DNA of 64,000 nucleotides from a virus. The notes below the pieces were generated by a model, which was not told the DNA's origin, searched no databases, and saw nothing but the letters and a program-made list of their open reading frames with translations. A program made the translations under genes and the position numbers. Shown here piece after piece: positions 8,415 to 18,533 of the stretch (its first letter is position 1; each line of letters opens with the position of its first letter). Location of the stretch: the IMG/VR virus record IMGVR_UViG_3300025450_000016. One strand, 5' to 3'.

Positions 8415-9971
8415 ATGCAAGACAACTTAACTGCAAAACAAAATGACTATGCTGTGTTTCTTCCAGCTATCTCGGGTTTCTACGCTACCTTCATAGGCAA
8501 GCAACGTGATCCTGTCAATGGTCCTTATGTAGACCCTGTGCGTTTTCCACAGGGCCTAACAGATATGGAACAGCTGAACTGGTTGAATGATCAGAAGGCC
8601 TTGTTCCCATATAAGTGGTCGCTTTACTCCGGCGGCCATGCCAACCTGGACCTTACCAAGCAAGATTGGAGCGAGGATATGGTCCGTAATCGTGATCCCA
8701 ACACACTAGTGCTAGGCGACTCTGGAGGATTCCAGATTGCCAAAGGACTATGGGAAGGCGATTGGAAGGCTAACTCAGGGTGCCCGAAGGCCCAAGCACG
8801 GCGTGAAGCTGTGGTCAAGTGGCTGGACGGCATTGCTGACTATGGTATGACATTAGATATTCCAACTTGGGTCATCCACGATAAAAATGCATCAGCCAAA
8901 TGTGGAATTCGTACACTAGAAGAAGCTGTTGATGCTACCCGATTCAACAACGAGTTTTATATGAAACATCGCAAGGGTGTTCGTAACGGTGGTATGAAAG
9001 TGCTTAATGTTTTACAAGGCGCCAATCATCCTGATGCTGATCGTTGGTATGAAATTATGAAAGAGTATTGTGATCCAGTCAAATATCCCGACACACACTT
9101 TAATGGGTGGGCTATGGGTGGACAGAATATGTGTGATGTACACTTGATCCTTAGACGATTGGTTACACTACGTTATGATAATTTACTACAAGAAGGTGTT
9201 CACGATTGGATGCACTTCTTGGGTACCAGCAAATTGGAGTGGGCAGTATTATTAACTGTTATTCAACGTAATGTACGCAAGTATGTTAATCCTGCATTTA
9301 CTATATCGTTTGACTGTGCTAGTCCATTCTTGGCCACGGCCAATGGACAGGTCTACTTTGAAAATGTTTTCCCTGACAATGGCAAATGGTCGTATCGTAT
9401 GGCACCTAGTGCAGATGATAAGAAATATGCCACAGACACACGCAAATGGTCAGATGGTGTAGTAGCGGATGGTATCTATCCACGTTGGGAAAATAGCCCT
9501 ATCTCAGATATGCTCAAGATGAAAGATATTTGCTACTACAAGCCAGGTGATGTCAACAAGAACGGCAAAGAAGGCAAAACAAGTTGGGATAGTTTCAGTT
9601 ACGCATTGTTGATGGGACACAATGTATGGATGCACTTGACTGCGGTACAAGAAGCCAATCGACGCTTTGACGCCGGTGAACATCCGGCAATGATGCGCTG
9701 TAGTGGTCCACGTGGTGAATACTTTGAAGACATTGTAGAAGCTATTTTTGCTGCACCCGACAAAGAGACCGCTATGGAAATTATTGAAATGTACGGTGGG
9801 CCATTGGGCTACTGGACCGAGATTATTGGTACCCGCGGTTTCAAAGGTAAAAAAGCGTTTAACGGCAATGCTATGTTTGATCAGCTGTTTGACGTCGAAG
9901 GTGGAGAAACTGTAGAAGAAGCACCAGAAGAAGAATTTGACGAATCTAAACTTGAACATTTGGGAGAATAA
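8415..9971 (+). CDS. dpdA: TGT-fold base-exchange enzyme, DpdA-like 7-deazaguanine DNA transglycosylase
   Basis: TGT motifs in order: LGDSGGFQ, MTLDIP, VLQG, GWAMGG, HFLG, SFDCASP, HN; co-occurs with folE/queD/queE. Confidence 0.75.
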   Translation: MQDNLTAKQNDYAVFLPAISGFYATFIGKQRDPVNGPYVDPVRFPQGLTDMEQLNWLNDQKALFPYKWSLYSGGHANLDLTKQDWSEDMVRNRDPNTLVLGDSGGFQIAKGLWEGDWKANSGCPKAQARREAVVKWLDGIADYGMTLDIPTWVIHDKNASAKCGIRTLEEAVDATRFNNEFYMKHRKGVRNGGMKVLNVLQGANHPDADRWYEIMKEYCDPVKYPDTHFNGWAMGGQNMCDVHLILRRLVTLRYDNLLQEGVHDWMHFLGTSKLEWAVLLTVIQRNVRKYVNPAFTISFDCASPFLATANGQVYFENVFPDNGKWSYRMAPSADDKKYATDTRKWSDGVVADGIYPRWENSPISDMLKMKDICYYKPGDVNKNGKEGKTSWDSFSYALLMGHNVWMHLTAVQEANRRFDAGEHPAMMRCSGPRGEYFEDIVEAIFAAPDKETAMEIIEMYGGPLGYWTEIIGTRGFKGKKAFNGNAMFDQLFDVEGGETVEEAPEEEFDESKLEHLGE

Positions 9972-10154
9972 ATGGAACATTGGGAAAATCGTTTACGACA
10001 TTTAGAACACGACCACGCAGTACTAGACAAACGTATTGATGGTATGGAAAGTACCGGGGTATTTGAAGATGCCACTTTGGAAGTGTTAAAAAAGCAGAGA
10101 CTGCATTTAAAAGACGAAATTGTCAAATTAAAAACACAACACGAGCAAGCATAA
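9972..10154 (+). CDS. DUF465/YdcH-like small coiled-coil protein
   Basis: HAVLDKRI...LKKQRLHLKDEI pattern. Confidence 0.7.
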   Translation: MEHWENRLRHLEHDHAVLDKRIDGMESTGVFEDATLEVLKKQRLHLKDEIVKLKTQHEQA

Positions 10155-10669
10155 TGAATAGAGCAGGACACGATCAAGTCAATTTCTTTATTGGAAAAGA
10201 AGTAGAACACACTCCGGCATTTGGATTGCGTACACTATTTGTAGTGGGTCTACAGGATCCACAAATTGTGTTACAAATAGTCGACAATAGCGATTGCGAA
10301 CATATCTACTTTGGTGCCAATCAAAGTTTTCCAAATTTAGACACCGATGACGCCGACAACTGGCGCGAATGGGAATCAATGATCAGTGATTGCCTAGAAA
10401 GAGGAATTTTGTGTACACTGGATTTAGACAGCAGCTGTGCCGAAGGTTTAACCGAAAGCGGTCTAGTAGAATACAACAACTTTATTCCAATGATTAGTGT
10501 TAAATTGCCTTATGTGCAACTGTTGGGATATAATGCCACTATCAAAATTGATGACAAAGATTTTGCAAAATCCAATCCTGGAGTATGGTGTCACAGCTTG
10601 CACGAATTGCGTGATCGTACCAAGTTTACTGACTGGTCCAAATACACACAAGACGAAATAATCAGATGA
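10154..10669 (+). CDS. Hypothetical protein in the dpdA operon
   Basis: Translationally coupled; alpha/beta pattern; function not recognised. Confidence 0.55.
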   Translation: MNRAGHDQVNFFIGKEVEHTPAFGLRTLFVVGLQDPQIVLQIVDNSDCEHIYFGANQSFPNLDTDDADNWREWESMISDCLERGILCTLDLDSSCAEGLTESGLVEYNNFIPMISVKLPYVQLLGYNATIKIDDKDFAKSNPGVWCHSLHELRDRTKFTDWSKYTQDEIIR

Positions 10670-11766
10670 TTGAGTGTCCGCTTCCGTGGACTGGTATTGC
10701 TGTCAACCCCGACGGATCTGTTAGAAATTGTGCAATGAGTCAAGAAACTCTTGGCAATTTAAAAACATCGCCGGTGGCTGAAATATTAAACAACAATCGC
10801 AATCAAACAATAAGACGTGAACTGACAGCAGGCATATGGCCCAGCAGTTGCAGATTGTGCCAGCAACGCGAAACAGTTGACCCCGAGTTCAGTAACCGAG
10901 CATATCAACTCAAACTGCACCAAGACGTTGCGATTGATTATACAGGTCCGCATACGCTAACACAGTTAGATCTACGTTGGTCAAATACCTGTAACTATGC
11001 TTGTGTTTATTGCGGACCGTACTTCAGTAGCCTATGGGCCAGTGAAATGGGACAACGTGTCAATGCTGACCGTACTGCATTTGATCAATTAAAAGATTAC
11101 ACCTACGATAAACTGGCCGGACTCAAAGAAGTATACTTGGCCGGTGGCGAACCTTTGATAATCAAAGAAAACGGCGAACTATTGGACCGACTGTACACAG
11201 TCAATCCCGACTGCTTGGTGCGCATAACCACAAACCTGTCAAATCTACAAACAGGTATCTACAGCAAAATAAAGAAATTTAAAAATGTACAGTGGGAAGT
11301 CAGTGTGGAAGCCACTGGCTCAGCATTTGAATACATACGCTATCCCGGCGTATGGACTGAACTTGAAGCCAACATAAAACAATTGATAGCAGAATGGCCC
11401 AGCAATCAAATTGGTATAACAATGAATTATTTTTTGTTAAACGCCACCACCATCATTGAAACTGGCCAATATCTGATCAATTTGGGTATGGACGAAAATC
11501 GTGTGGCTGTACACTACTTGACTGATCCCAAATACTTGGACGCTAGAAATTTGAATGAAAAATATCTACAGAGCACTCGAGACTATCTAAATAGTTATCA
11601 AGCACCAACAACATTTGCTACCAGTTTGCAAAACTGCAGAGAGTTTCTTGCCAAACCATTTGACCGTAACAGTGGCAATGTTGTACAATCGTTGACTGCT
11701 ATTGACCAAAGACGAAATTTAAATTTTACTACAACCTTTCCTGATCTATTAACCAAACTGGTATGA
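10666..11766 (+). CDS. Radical SAM protein with N-terminal SPASM/twitch-like domain
   Basis: CPLPW...C...CRLC N-terminal Cys cluster; CNYACVYC; AGGEP. Confidence 0.85.
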   Translation: MIECPLPWTGIAVNPDGSVRNCAMSQETLGNLKTSPVAEILNNNRNQTIRRELTAGIWPSSCRLCQQRETVDPEFSNRAYQLKLHQDVAIDYTGPHTLTQLDLRWSNTCNYACVYCGPYFSSLWASEMGQRVNADRTAFDQLKDYTYDKLAGLKEVYLAGGEPLIIKENGELLDRLYTVNPDCLVRITTNLSNLQTGIYSKIKKFKNVQWEVSVEATGSAFEYIRYPGVWTELEANIKQLIAEWPSNQIGITMNYFLLNATTIIETGQYLINLGMDENRVAVHYLTDPKYLDARNLNEKYLQSTRDYLNSYQAPTTFATSLQNCREFLAKPFDRNSGNVVQSLTAIDQRRNLNFTTTFPDLLTKLV

Positions 11767-12647
11767 AAATCCGCAACTGGTCTGAAACATTAGTCAATTG
11801 GAGACAAGAGGCTTTTGGAGTAGGACCCAATCCAAATACCGAATATTATTCCAAAATCAACGACAACGATGCCATAGTAATTACCATGGGCGACAGCTGG
11901 ACCTACGGAGACGGTATCCCACCGCAGTTGCGCCATTCAATGATTTATGGTGGATTGATTGCTCAAAAACTCTCAGCTGACTGGTTGAACATTGGGTGCT
12001 GTGCGTGGTCAAACTCGTATGTTTTGAGTCATTTAGATCGCATAGTTGAGCAATTAGACTGTTGCGATTATAAGAAAATTTATGTTATAATAACACTAAC
12101 AGAAAATGGCAGAGATATTGACCAGGCTGCACATTATAAATTTTCTGCTCGGTCTAGATTTGATGAACTGGAAGAAACACCGGAGTTTTATCAATCGTTG
12201 TTGAGTGATCTAGAACAGGTCTGGTGCGACACGATTTGCAATAGTATCGCCAAGATGGATTCAAGATATACTGTGGTTGTTGGCAACAATTTTGTATGGC
12301 ACAACGGTATTGTTGATAGATTGCAGAATCGTGCTGTGTTGTTGGAACGCAACTGGATTGAGTGTTTGGCCCAGGCACAGGGATTGGCAGATCCTGTTAG
12401 AACCAATTTGGTAACTGGTTGGATTTTTGATAGTATTAACGAAAACGTACATAGAGAAATAGCAGTGAAGTCTAAGACAGCATACAACTCGTGGGCATTA
12501 CCTTTAATTGAAAAGGCCACTCGAGTCAATGAGTGGTTAGATTCCAGTGCAATGAACAATAAACGATCCAGCAAACACCCCAACGGCAACGGACACCAAG
12601 TCTGGGCCGATTATATTTTAACCTTTTTACAACCAAGCAAGGCCTAG
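11763..12647 (+). CDS. SGNH/GDSL-like hydrolase or acyltransferase
   Basis: GDSWTYG block I; C-terminal HPN...H..WA. Confidence 0.65.
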   Translation: MKIRNWSETLVNWRQEAFGVGPNPNTEYYSKINDNDAIVITMGDSWTYGDGIPPQLRHSMIYGGLIAQKLSADWLNIGCCAWSNSYVLSHLDRIVEQLDCCDYKKIYVIITLTENGRDIDQAAHYKFSARSRFDELEETPEFYQSLLSDLEQVWCDTICNSIAKMDSRYTVVVGNNFVWHNGIVDRLQNRAVLLERNWIECLAQAQGLADPVRTNLVTGWIFDSINENVHREIAVKSKTAYNSWALPLIEKATRVNEWLDSSAMNNKRSSKHPNGNGHQVWADYILTFLQPSKA

Positions 12648-12648
12648 T

Positions 12649-13113
12649 ATGAATCAAGAACAAAGAGCAACTGTAGAACGAATCAAAGACGCTGCCAAGC
12701 GACAAATTTGGGTCACCTTTGAACGGGAAGGTGTACATTGCTACCCGGCCGCAGCCACAGACCCACAATTAGCAACAGGAGATGAATATGATGTATCGTT
12801 TTTGGCCAGTCCTCATCGCCATATGTTTCATTTCCGGGTGTCAATCGATGTGTTCCATAACGACCGGGACATCGAGTTCATCCAGTTCAAACGCTGGCTC
12901 GAGAACCTATACAGTGGGACCGGTCCCCATAATGAAAATCGAGTTTTAGAACTCAATTACAAGAGTTGCGAAATGATTGCGGATGACTTGTATGTCCAAA
13001 TTGCTGCACGTTATCCCAATCGTTGTGTTACAATTGAAGTGTCCGAGGACGGTGAGAACGGATGCTCAATTGCTTATAACCTCACCCGTCCAAGTCAATC
13101 AATTGTTATTTAA
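12649..13113 (+). CDS. QueD-like T-fold protein (DpdL-like)
   Basis: HCYP, LASPHRHMF (LxxxHRHxF), SCEMIA, VSEDGENG T-fold motifs; distinct from the canonical QueD at 25925. Confidence 0.65.
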   Translation: MNQEQRATVERIKDAAKRQIWVTFEREGVHCYPAAATDPQLATGDEYDVSFLASPHRHMFHFRVSIDVFHNDRDIEFIQFKRWLENLYSGTGPHNENRVLELNYKSCEMIADDLYVQIAARYPNRCVTIEVSEDGENGCSIAYNLTRPSQSIVI

Positions 13114-13124
13114 GGAGTAGTAAA

Positions 13125-13394
13125 ATGGCCAAACCAGAATGGCTCAATAAGTATCTTCGTTTCAAACCCGAAGTGACCACAATCTTTGAAGATCTAGAAA
13201 ACTATCATGAGTTTTGTCGTAACTACGGATATCCATTTGATGAACGCAATCTTTACAACGAGCGTACACCATATGGTGAGTATATGAAGATGTTGCGTGG
13301 TCGCGAACCTTGGGACCAATGGCGTACTCCTAAGCGTGATCGTAAAGACTTCAAACCACGTGATACCAATTGGAAACCGAGACATAATCAATGA
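13125..13394 (+). CDS. Hypothetical protein
   Basis: AAGGAG RBS; 89 aa. Confidence 0.6.
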   Translation: MAKPEWLNKYLRFKPEVTTIFEDLENYHEFCRNYGYPFDERNLYNERTPYGEYMKMLRGREPWDQWRTPKRDRKDFKPRDTNWKPRHNQ

Positions 13395-13741
13395 AATTAG
13401 CACCACAGGCGCCTGCTGAGGGCATTTTAAAACAAGGCGAATGGGGCGATGCCAAGAGCTATAACGTACCGTGTTCTTGTTGTGGGTCTGATTGCGAACA
13501 TAATGTATGGGTAGAAAGTGATGCTGCTGGTGTCACTGTTACCACCTATACCAAGCAAAAAACCAATTGGTGGAGTCAAACACGCTGGTCGCATCTTTGG
13601 CGGTTGTTGACTCGTGGCTACGTGGAATACGAAGCCAGTATTATTATGACCCGTCAACAGGCTCACAATTATGCATCAGCCTTGAACCAAGCAGTTGCCG
13701 ATGTGGACGAGTTTAGAAAAAAACGCAAAAAAAATGTATAA
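13391..13741 (+). CDS. Hypothetical protein
   Basis: Coupled ORF (ATGA); CSCCGSDCEH Cys/His cluster. Confidence 0.55.
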   Translation: MKLAPQAPAEGILKQGEWGDAKSYNVPCSCCGSDCEHNVWVESDAAGVTVTTYTKQKTNWWSQTRWSHLWRLLTRGYVEYEASIIMTRQQAHNYASALNQAVADVDEFRKKRKKNV

Positions 13742-13867
13742 ATTAAAATACTACGAAAATACTGGACAGACATCAGTAAAATATTTTGATACCATAAACG
13801 AAGCACTACATTATTCGGTATACAAAATTCCGTTCCAAAGTTTTCACAGCTTAGACAAGGTACAACA

Positions 13868-15064
13868 ATGAGAAAATTATGGTATATGGGCTTGGAGCCC
13901 TACAAAGCCCGCTACACTCTGCAACTACAAGAGTGGAATCGTGCTGTGTTTGAACGTCGCGGTATCAACTATGAAATAGTACCAGGTGAAACACTCAGCA
14001 ACGATCAAGCTATTGTTACCGGACAAGTGCTAGATGCACACGGCCGTACTTACTTTGGTATGAGCCAGCTGATGAACTTGGTTCGTAAAATGAAACAAGG
14101 AGAAGTTACCAATGAAGATGTCATCTACTTTGAAGATATGTTCCAGCCCGGTATTGAGAGCTTGCCTTACATTATGGATCAAATCGATCCTGCTCACCGT
14201 CCCCGTATTGCTGTTCGCTGTCTTGCACAAAGTATTGACCCCGATGATTTTGTTCACGTCTGGGGTATGCAGAAGTGGATGGGACTTTATGAAAAAATGG
14301 TGGATAGTTTCGCTGATATTGTTTTAGCATCAAATGAAGAAATGGCTATGCACATGAAAATAGCTGGCTGGGAAGCCCCGATATACAACATCTCCGGACT
14401 GGCGTTCGGCAAAGATGAAGTCCGTGCAAGAGTACCAGGTCCACTAAAGCCATTCAAAGAAAGAACCCTGCGTGTGGGATTTGCCGCACGTTGGGATCAA
14501 GAAAAACAACCCGACTTCTTTATGGATCTTATCGAAGAGTGGAATCGACGCAGTGAAATGAGCAAGTCCACTCCCGAACAGCGGGTTGAGTTTGCTATTT
14601 TTAGCGGTGCCAAACTAAAAAGCAACAACGACAGCTATATGGCTCGTACACGTGACCTACAGGCACGTGGTTTGCTGACTGTATACGAGGATTTAGAAAA
14701 AAATGATTACTATGCTTTGCTTAATGATACTAGGGTATTGTTTAATTGCGCTTTACAAGACTGGGTCAGTAACACAGTATCAGAAGCTGATACGCTTGGA
14801 TCGAATGTTTTATATCCTGCTTATCGTAGCTTCCCTGAAACTTTTGCAAATGACGCAACAAGGTTATACGTTCCTTGGTCGTTAGATGATGCCATTGAAA
14901 AATTACGAACTCTGCTAAACGATCCGCATCCATTGCAGGGACGTATATCGGATTGGACCAACGGTACTGTAGATCGTATCTGTGACATCTTAGAAGGATC
15001 GGGCGAGCAATGGTTACGTATGAGTACTGACTATCGTAAACATACACACGAAAGCAAATACTAA
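13868..15064 (+). CDS. GT-B glycosyltransferase (GT4-like)
   Basis: ARWDQEKQP and QDWVSNTVSEA...YP..RSFPE motifs equivalent to the GT4 R...K and E-x7-E region. Confidence 0.7.
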   Translation: MRKLWYMGLEPYKARYTLQLQEWNRAVFERRGINYEIVPGETLSNDQAIVTGQVLDAHGRTYFGMSQLMNLVRKMKQGEVTNEDVIYFEDMFQPGIESLPYIMDQIDPAHRPRIAVRCLAQSIDPDDFVHVWGMQKWMGLYEKMVDSFADIVLASNEEMAMHMKIAGWEAPIYNISGLAFGKDEVRARVPGPLKPFKERTLRVGFAARWDQEKQPDFFMDLIEEWNRRSEMSKSTPEQRVEFAIFSGAKLKSNNDSYMARTRDLQARGLLTVYEDLEKNDYYALLNDTRVLFNCALQDWVSNTVSEADTLGSNVLYPAYRSFPETFANDATRLYVPWSLDDAIEKLRTLLNDPHPLQGRISDWTNGTVDRICDILEGSGEQWLRMSTDYRKHTHESKY

Positions 15065-15065
15065 A

Positions 15066-15311
15066 ATGGACATCATACTTTATAGCGTTGTTGGATTTGT
15101 TAGCTTTTTGGCCGGCCGTACTTCTGCACCCAAGGAAATAATCAATCAGGTTGAGTTGTCAGATGATGAACGTGCAGAATTTGAGTATCAAAAAAATTTA
15201 AATCAATCATTACTGTCGGAAGTACAACATTATAGATTTTTAGAAACACGATTAAGAGGCGAACTATGGGACACCAAACAAAAACTAGAGAAATTACAGC
15301 AGAACAACTGA
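15066..15311 (+). CDS. Hypothetical membrane-anchored coiled-coil protein
   Basis: N-terminal hydrophobic helix. Confidence 0.5.
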   Translation: MDIILYSVVGFVSFLAGRTSAPKEIINQVELSDDERAEFEYQKNLNQSLLSEVQHYRFLETRLRGELWDTKQKLEKLQQNN

Positions 15312-16381
15312 TCGCTGTTCTCAAATTCACACCACGTACCTATCGTGTTGAATTGGGTGCATACGGCGGAGAAGTTTATTGCGGTCGAGTTGATCGCAAA
15401 GTCTACAACTATTTTAAAGAAAACAATATTGATTTGGACGAATATGCCAGCAACTGGGATAACGAATTAGAAGTTCCAGAAGACCTGCAACCATTCCCTC
15501 CCGGAAGTCCATACGAGTGTGACGACTATATTCATGCCAGTGGAGCCACAATGGATGACGGTAATACTATCCAGATATACGATGAGAACAACGAACTGGT
15601 TTGGGAATGTGTGCTGACCATTGGTGCATTAGAAGACGCTGGTGTTGAAGTCAATGAATGGGAAGAATTTTACGTTGATCAAATTGCCGACGGCGAAGTG
15701 GCATTTTGGGGAGCCCAAGGTGAAAAAGGTCTTTGCTATGGCGGAGAAATTAATCTTAATGAACCATTTGATCCCAAGAAATTAAAATTAAATTATGCCA
15801 ATGCCGACGGTTGGCTCATTTGCAATGGAATGGAATATGATGGAGAATCCATTGACAACAACGACTTGAGCACCACAGGCAAATGGGGCGAAAACAAATG
15901 GTTGTTGGGTGGAGACGAAGAAGCATACGACCCCGAAGATAACTGGGACACACCTGAGTCAGGTCCTGTGCCAAGCGATTGGGAAAAGTCAGTTGACTTT
16001 AAATTTAAAAAAATCAAACCGGTACACGTGGGTTGGTACAATGCTGTATGGTCAAATTTTGGTACAACATACGGTTGCTTGTATTGGGACGGTGAAAATT
16101 TTGTAGAGTTCAACTACGGCAAAGCCAATATAATTAACGGTGTTGACACTTGGTCTGGTTACAACTGGGATACCAGCAACTGGAACAACCAACCGCCAGA
16201 GCCGCCAAATATTGTGTGCGACAATAAAACCTGTGGCTGGACTGGTATGAGCGAAGATCGCACAACCGACGCAGAAGGTGATGATCACTGTCCTGCGTGT
16301 AATGGTACAGAGTTCAGCTGGATCGATTACGACCCCAATACCAAACAAGGTCGTGCTAACCGTGAGAAACATCGCCAATGA
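15266..16381 (+). CDS. Acidic hypothetical protein with C-terminal Zn-ribbon
   Basis: 371 aa; CDNKTCGW...CPAC. Confidence 0.6.
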   Translation: MGHQTKTREITAEQLIAVLKFTPRTYRVELGAYGGEVYCGRVDRKVYNYFKENNIDLDEYASNWDNELEVPEDLQPFPPGSPYECDDYIHASGATMDDGNTIQIYDENNELVWECVLTIGALEDAGVEVNEWEEFYVDQIADGEVAFWGAQGEKGLCYGGEINLNEPFDPKKLKLNYANADGWLICNGMEYDGESIDNNDLSTTGKWGENKWLLGGDEEAYDPEDNWDTPESGPVPSDWEKSVDFKFKKIKPVHVGWYNAVWSNFGTTYGCLYWDGENFVEFNYGKANIINGVDTWSGYNWDTSNWNNQPPEPPNIVCDNKTCGWTGMSEDRTTDAEGDDHCPACNGTEFSWIDYDPNTKQGRANREKHRQ

Positions 16382-16578
16382 CAACCTTTACTACCGAAGA
16401 TATCGAAGCATTAAAAACTGAGTGGTTTCCATTTGATTTGGATCCAGTTCACGAAGGCGAATACGAAGTAATGAGCAACGCTTGGCCTTGGCCACATCGT
16501 GCCGAGTGGAGTAAAAAACACGGCTGGGGAACTGCCAACATTGATCAATGGCGCGGATTAAAGGTTCAAGTAAAATGA
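16378..16578 (+). CDS. Hypothetical Trp-rich protein
   Basis: PVHEGEY motif resembles PVHVGWY in the upstream protein. Confidence 0.5.
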   Translation: MTTFTTEDIEALKTEWFPFDLDPVHEGEYEVMSNAWPWPHRAEWSKKHGWGTANIDQWRGLKVQVK

Positions 16579-16662
16579 TTTGCGGACTAATTGTGTTTGT
16601 TACAATTTTTATTTTTGGTTATGCTGTTGTTAAATTTGTAAAAAATTGTGCCGGAGATGAAA

Positions 16663-16860
16663 ATGCAGATTAAAGTCAATGATAAAATTGGTTCGTGCGG
16701 ATGCGGTCGTAGCCCAACCGGAGACTGTTGCGGCTGGCACGGATTAAGTGAAGAGGCCTATCAAAAAGCAAGAGATGCCTACGAACTTGCCGAATACCAA
16801 CGGCAGGCACAAAGCCTGTGGTTTGATGGCGGCAGTTGTACGGGAGGTTCCCCCGAATGA
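16663..16860 (+). CDS. CDGSH-like iron-sulfur/zinc-finger protein
   Basis: CGCGRSPTGDCCGWH resembles C-x-C-x2-S-x3-P-x-C-D-G-S-H; start moved to ATG after GGAG. Confidence 0.6.
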   Translation: MQIKVNDKIGSCGCGRSPTGDCCGWHGLSEEAYQKARDAYELAEYQRQAQSLWFDGGSCTGGSPE

Positions 16861-17552
16861 TTGTGGTCGCTGGCGGATGTAGTTTTACCGACGGGGAAAC
16901 CAAGTGGCCATATCACTTGGCCCGAGAGTTAAATGCCGATGTAATAAACACCGGACTGCTGAGTTCAGGTAACGGTCTCATCAGCAGAAAAATCATTTAT
17001 CGTGTAAGTGAATTGTTGAAGACCACCAAAGCCGAAGATATCCTAGTGGGAGTAATGTGGAGCGGCAGTGATCGTCATGACTTTTACAATCCAGATGTCA
17101 AAGTGATAAAACGAGACGGGTGGAAAGAAAATCCATCATCGTTGGGACCGGGCACAAACAACTGTTGGATTCTATTAAATCACCACTGGTCTTCGGACAT
17201 CAGCAAAATGTATTATGGTAATTTTCACCACGAAGTGGGCTCGATGATTTACACATTAGAGCATATACTACGTGTACAATGGTTTTTAAAATTACACAAT
17301 ATACGCTACTTTATGACAACCTTTAATTCTTACGTGTTGCCCGCTAGATTTAGAAATCACGATGATATTAAAAATTTGTACGGGCAAGTTGATTTTACGC
17401 AGTTTTTACCAATCGACGGCCAGTACGAATGGGCCAACCGATCTGGTATACCTTATGTTGGACCAGACCAGTATCATCCCAATAACGAACAAAATAAAAA
17501 ATTCACCCAAGAAATAATTCTCCCGTTCCTGAAAGAAAAAAATTACACATGA
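16857..17552 (+). CDS. SGNH-like hydrolase or acyltransferase
   Basis: GCSFTDG, SGN, C-terminal HPN; start at ATGA overlap. Confidence 0.6.
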   Translation: MIVVAGGCSFTDGETKWPYHLARELNADVINTGLLSSGNGLISRKIIYRVSELLKTTKAEDILVGVMWSGSDRHDFYNPDVKVIKRDGWKENPSSLGPGTNNCWILLNHHWSSDISKMYYGNFHHEVGSMIYTLEHILRVQWFLKLHNIRYFMTTFNSYVLPARFRNHDDIKNLYGQVDFTQFLPIDGQYEWANRSGIPYVGPDQYHPNNEQNKKFTQEIILPFLKEKNYT

Positions 17553-18517
17553 AACGAATAATAGTAACAGGCGGGTGTGGCTATATTGGTAGCCACGTGG
17601 CACGAGCATTCAAGCAACAGGGCAACACAGTATTGATCATTGATCGTGTACTGCGTCTACATACCTTGAAAGACATTGACGGATATCACATCGGCGATTT
17701 TGCTGATGATGCCAGTCTAGCTGCCATTTACGACTTCAATCCCGATGTTGTTGTACATTGTGCTGGTACTAGCCTTGTTGGTCCCAGTATGGATGATCCT
17801 GGCGAATACTACAATAATAATATTGCAAAAACTGTACGCTTGTTGAACTGGGTCAAAGATTTCAAAAAGAAACCGGTAATCATGTTTAGCTCAAGTGCAT
17901 CGGTATACGGTGAACCAGATCTGTTGCCCATCCGAGAAACTGCTCGCATACAACCTATCAGTCCCTACGGCAATACCAAAGCAATGACCGAAACAATACT
18001 CCGAGACTTCTGGGGTGCCTATGCCCTGCCCAGCACAGTTTTTAGATATTTTAATGCAGCCGGTGCTGAACCCGTCAACTCAGATCTAGGCCAAGAACCC
18101 GAGGCCACTCACATTGTGGCTCGTGTGTTGGAGGCCAGTATTGCGGGTCGTGCTTTCAGCATCAACGGCGATGATTTTGACACTCCAGATGGCACTTGCA
18201 TTCGCGATTATGTACACGTATGGGACATTGCCCAGGCACACGTGTTGGCTGCCAATCAACACTTTGGCTATGCTGGCTCTGTACATAGACGCTATAATTT
18301 GGGTACCAATACCGGTGTCAGCAACAAGCAAATTGTTGACTATGTGTTTGACAAATATGGATTACCTTTTGTCAACTATGGACCCAAGCGTATGGGCGAT
18401 CCTGCACGTTTGATAGCCGATGCTGAACTGGCTCGTGTTGAATTAGGTTGGCGCCCGGAATACAGTGATATAAATACTATCATAGACTCAGCTTATAAGT
18501 GGTATACTCGAGTCTAG
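17549..18517 (+). CDS. galE: UDP-glucose 4-epimerase-like extended SDR
   Basis: TGGCGYIGSH, SSSASVYG, YGNTK, RYFNAAGA, DGTCIRDYVHV. Confidence 0.88.
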   Translation: MKRIIVTGGCGYIGSHVARAFKQQGNTVLIIDRVLRLHTLKDIDGYHIGDFADDASLAAIYDFNPDVVVHCAGTSLVGPSMDDPGEYYNNNIAKTVRLLNWVKDFKKKPVIMFSSSASVYGEPDLLPIRETARIQPISPYGNTKAMTETILRDFWGAYALPSTVFRYFNAAGAEPVNSDLGQEPEATHIVARVLEASIAGRAFSINGDDFDTPDGTCIRDYVHVWDIAQAHVLAANQHFGYAGSVHRRYNLGTNTGVSNKQIVDYVFDKYGLPFVNYGPKRMGDPARLIADAELARVELGWRPEYSDINTIIDSAYKWYTRV

Positions 18518-18533
18518 ACTCCCGAGGCCTTTA

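Noticed and set aside
8415-9971. Ordinary tRNA-guanine transglycosylase (tgt)
   Set aside because: Lacks the Zn-binding Cys cluster, is much longer and sits in a phage replication context; DNA-acting role preferred but unproven
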